Origin: Octopus bimaculoides
Taxonomy: Eukaryota
Direction of reading: 5' to 3'
NCBI RefSeq assembly: GCF_001194135.2
Contig: NC_068981.1
Span: forward strand, 124,497,177-124,546,467
Length of the DNA stretch: 49,291 nt
Part shown: positions 46,950 to 49,291 of the stretch, piece after piece
How positions within the stretch are numbered: the first letter of the stretch is position 1
Layout of the letters: each line of letters opens with the position of its first letter
Made by a program: the position numbers and the translations under genes
Notes under the pieces: model-generated
Database searches by the model: none
What the model was told of the DNA's origin: nothing
Seen by the model: only the letters and a program-made list of their open reading frames with translations

Positions 46950-49291
46950 AAATTTGCATCTAATGACTAAGGTAATAAGTATTACAAGAGCTCAGGTTGG
47001 TATACCACTAAAACTCCTACTTGAACTGCGACTAAAACAAAAGTGGCATTGTTTTTATCCTAGCAATAAATGGTTATAAGTAGTTCATCATTGAGCGGGT
47101 ATATATATATTAGAAAGGAAAAATTAACAAGCAGAGCATGCGGTATGTAATTTATAATTCAAACATAATTGCAAAGTTGTTAGAGATTAAGAAGTTATGC
47201 ATAAAGAATAAAATTAATGAATATCCATAGTAAAAGATGTTAGTAGTTACAAGTTCTACTAATATCCTTTATTAAGGATATTCCTTAATTCTTCCTCTCT
47301 GAAGACTGCATCGTTGGTTTTTGTATAGAAATCTTTCCTCAATGAGTTTTGCACCTTATGCACAGCTATTCTAGAAACAGCTGTAAGAGATTTTATGCAT
47401 AAATTATTAATCCCTTATTTACTCTAACAACTCTGCAATTATCTTTGAATTATAAATTACATGCTCTAAAGTTATACCATCTGTTGTCTAGTATATACCT
47501 ACCTACCTACCTACCTAAATGCATACATACATGCATGCATACATACATACATACATGCATGCATGCATGCATACATACATACATACATACATACAAACAT
47601 ACAGATAGACAGATAGACAGACAGATATGTATGCATACATAAATACGTACGTACATACAAACAAACAAACATACATACATACATACATACATACATACAT
47701 ACATACATACACACACATATGTGTGCTTCTACTTTCATTCTACAATATGGATGCGAGAAACGACCACATAAAACCTAACAGGAAAACCCACCGAAAGTCA
47801 TAAATGTCAAGTTTCTCAAGATGTGTTCAGTCTCTTGGTAAAATTAGATCAATCGCATAGAAATCCGTCGTCGAATGAATACCACTGACATCGAACCCAG
47901 ACAATATAAGAAATAACTGAAATGGTTTTGAGTCATGATTCCCTCTTTGAGTCTTTCACAACTAAATATATTGTAGTTCTCCCCTGACTAGAAGATCAAA
48001 GAAGTAGCTCAAAGACTAGCTGAAGACCACTTTCAAGTGGAGCAGTATCAACCCTCCAAGAATGGATGACATCGTGACCTGTCATTCACCTTGCCAGGTC
48101 TCACTGTTAGTCCTCAGAACAACCAAGCTAAATGGGAGAAGAAGCATGAATGCAGAGTAAAACTCGTTCTCTCCAGCTAAATATCTACATCATCTATGTG
48201 TGATCATAGATACAAGAGTAGGATGTACAATGATCAAGATAACTACAAATAAAAAGGAACAGAAGCATAATCGTTGCAGTTTTAGTCGTCTGTAGAATAT
48301 CACATCTGTAATAAAGGACATATTTATTAGAAAACCATCTTTGATGTGGACTATCTGTGAAGCAAACCATCAGTGATGTGAAATAATCTTAGTTGTGGGC
48401 CAACTTTGTTGTATACAATTAGTGGTTAAATGTATCTAGAGTGTAAAACATCTATGGTTATTTTTGTTCAGCCTCAGGCAACTGTCATCAAAGAGAATTC
48501 TGTTCAAAGGTTTTTCATCCATGATGATCCTGTTTTAGGCGAAGTCTCTTGGACAATCTTATCTAATGTCTCCTTTCCTTTCCTGTACTTATATTCAAAA
48601 TACTAAGTTAAAAACGCGAAGTCGTCTTAAGTGGAATTTGAACTCGGAACACAAAGATACGAAGGAAAGTTTAAAGTATTTAGTGTGATGATGTGTTTGG
48701 TAGGGAAAACTTACTAGTAATTAAAGAAGTTGTCGAGCTGTGTCGAAACTCATATACGTGTATGATGTTGGGTATTTATATATGACTAACCAGCGTGTTC
48801 AATGAGCCAAAACACACAATAGGCAATTTCAACGATAATTTTCAAATTCCGTACTCAGAGGAGAACAGGTGCAATTTTGCTTTAATGCTTTCGGTGAAGA
48901 TCTCGTCAAGATGTGTGTTAAATGTTTGTGCGTTTACGTTTCCTTGCATGCGTATGTCCGTATGTGTGTATGTATGTGTGTGTATGTATGTGTGTATGTG
49001 TGTGTGTAAGAGCGATGTGTGTGTAAACATAGTCCAGGACTTGCCTACCTTTACAACTTAATGTATGCTGTCAACGATTCCTATGTTATTATCTTTAAAA
49101 TAGAAGCAATCAAGATAGAAACCAAAACAACTTATTGTTCTAACAAAACGCCTGAACAGGTTTACGGTGAATAAAAACTGTTGCGAGGCTACGTAAATAA
49201 TTGATACTTACGCTATAAATAGTGATAGTTTTCATTAAGATCAAAACGATTGCAGCTTGCTTTGTTTCAGTATAAATATAAATATATATAT

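Noticed and set aside
48015-48055. CTGAAGA followed by a perfect ccact/agtgg hairpin
   Set aside because: Followed by AGCA rather than GAAA; no stems I or III.

Overview
AT-rich, repeat-saturated animal genomic DNA with nine N-gaps, mostly next to (TA)n/(CA)n tracts. The window starts and ends in (TA)n, so it may be a whole small scaffold of a fragmented assembly. The SINE families and microsatellite load look like octopus (coleoid cephalopod) DNA, but that is from recall and not from a database search. I found no host protein-coding exon, intact RNA gene or CRISPR array. Every recognisable ORF is a decayed transposon fragment or a microsatellite/gap artefact. Recognised elements: three Penelope-like (RT + GIY-YIG) fragments; a 3-kb R4/Dong-clade LINE plus a pile-up of five more R4/Dong fragments separated by (TAA)n arrays; four RTE-clade fragments; one L1/Tx1 fragment; three Helitron fragments (one with its 3' hairpin/CTAG end, one with an in-frame spliceosomal intron in Rep); seven IS630-Tc1-mariner elements (one a palindrome made of two 5' ends); a hAT MITE with an 8-bp TSD; and about 15 tRNA-derived SINEs of four families. 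Best leads: (1) a tRNA-like head + (AAT)n + decayed minimal type I hammerhead ribozyme unit at ~36.0-36.5 kb, with other hammerhead-like relics at 150-187 and 12.66-12.77 kb; (2) apparent (TAA)n-targeted R4/Dong insertion; (3) the intron-bearing Helitron Rep; (4) the fold-back mariner inside nested inverted repeats.
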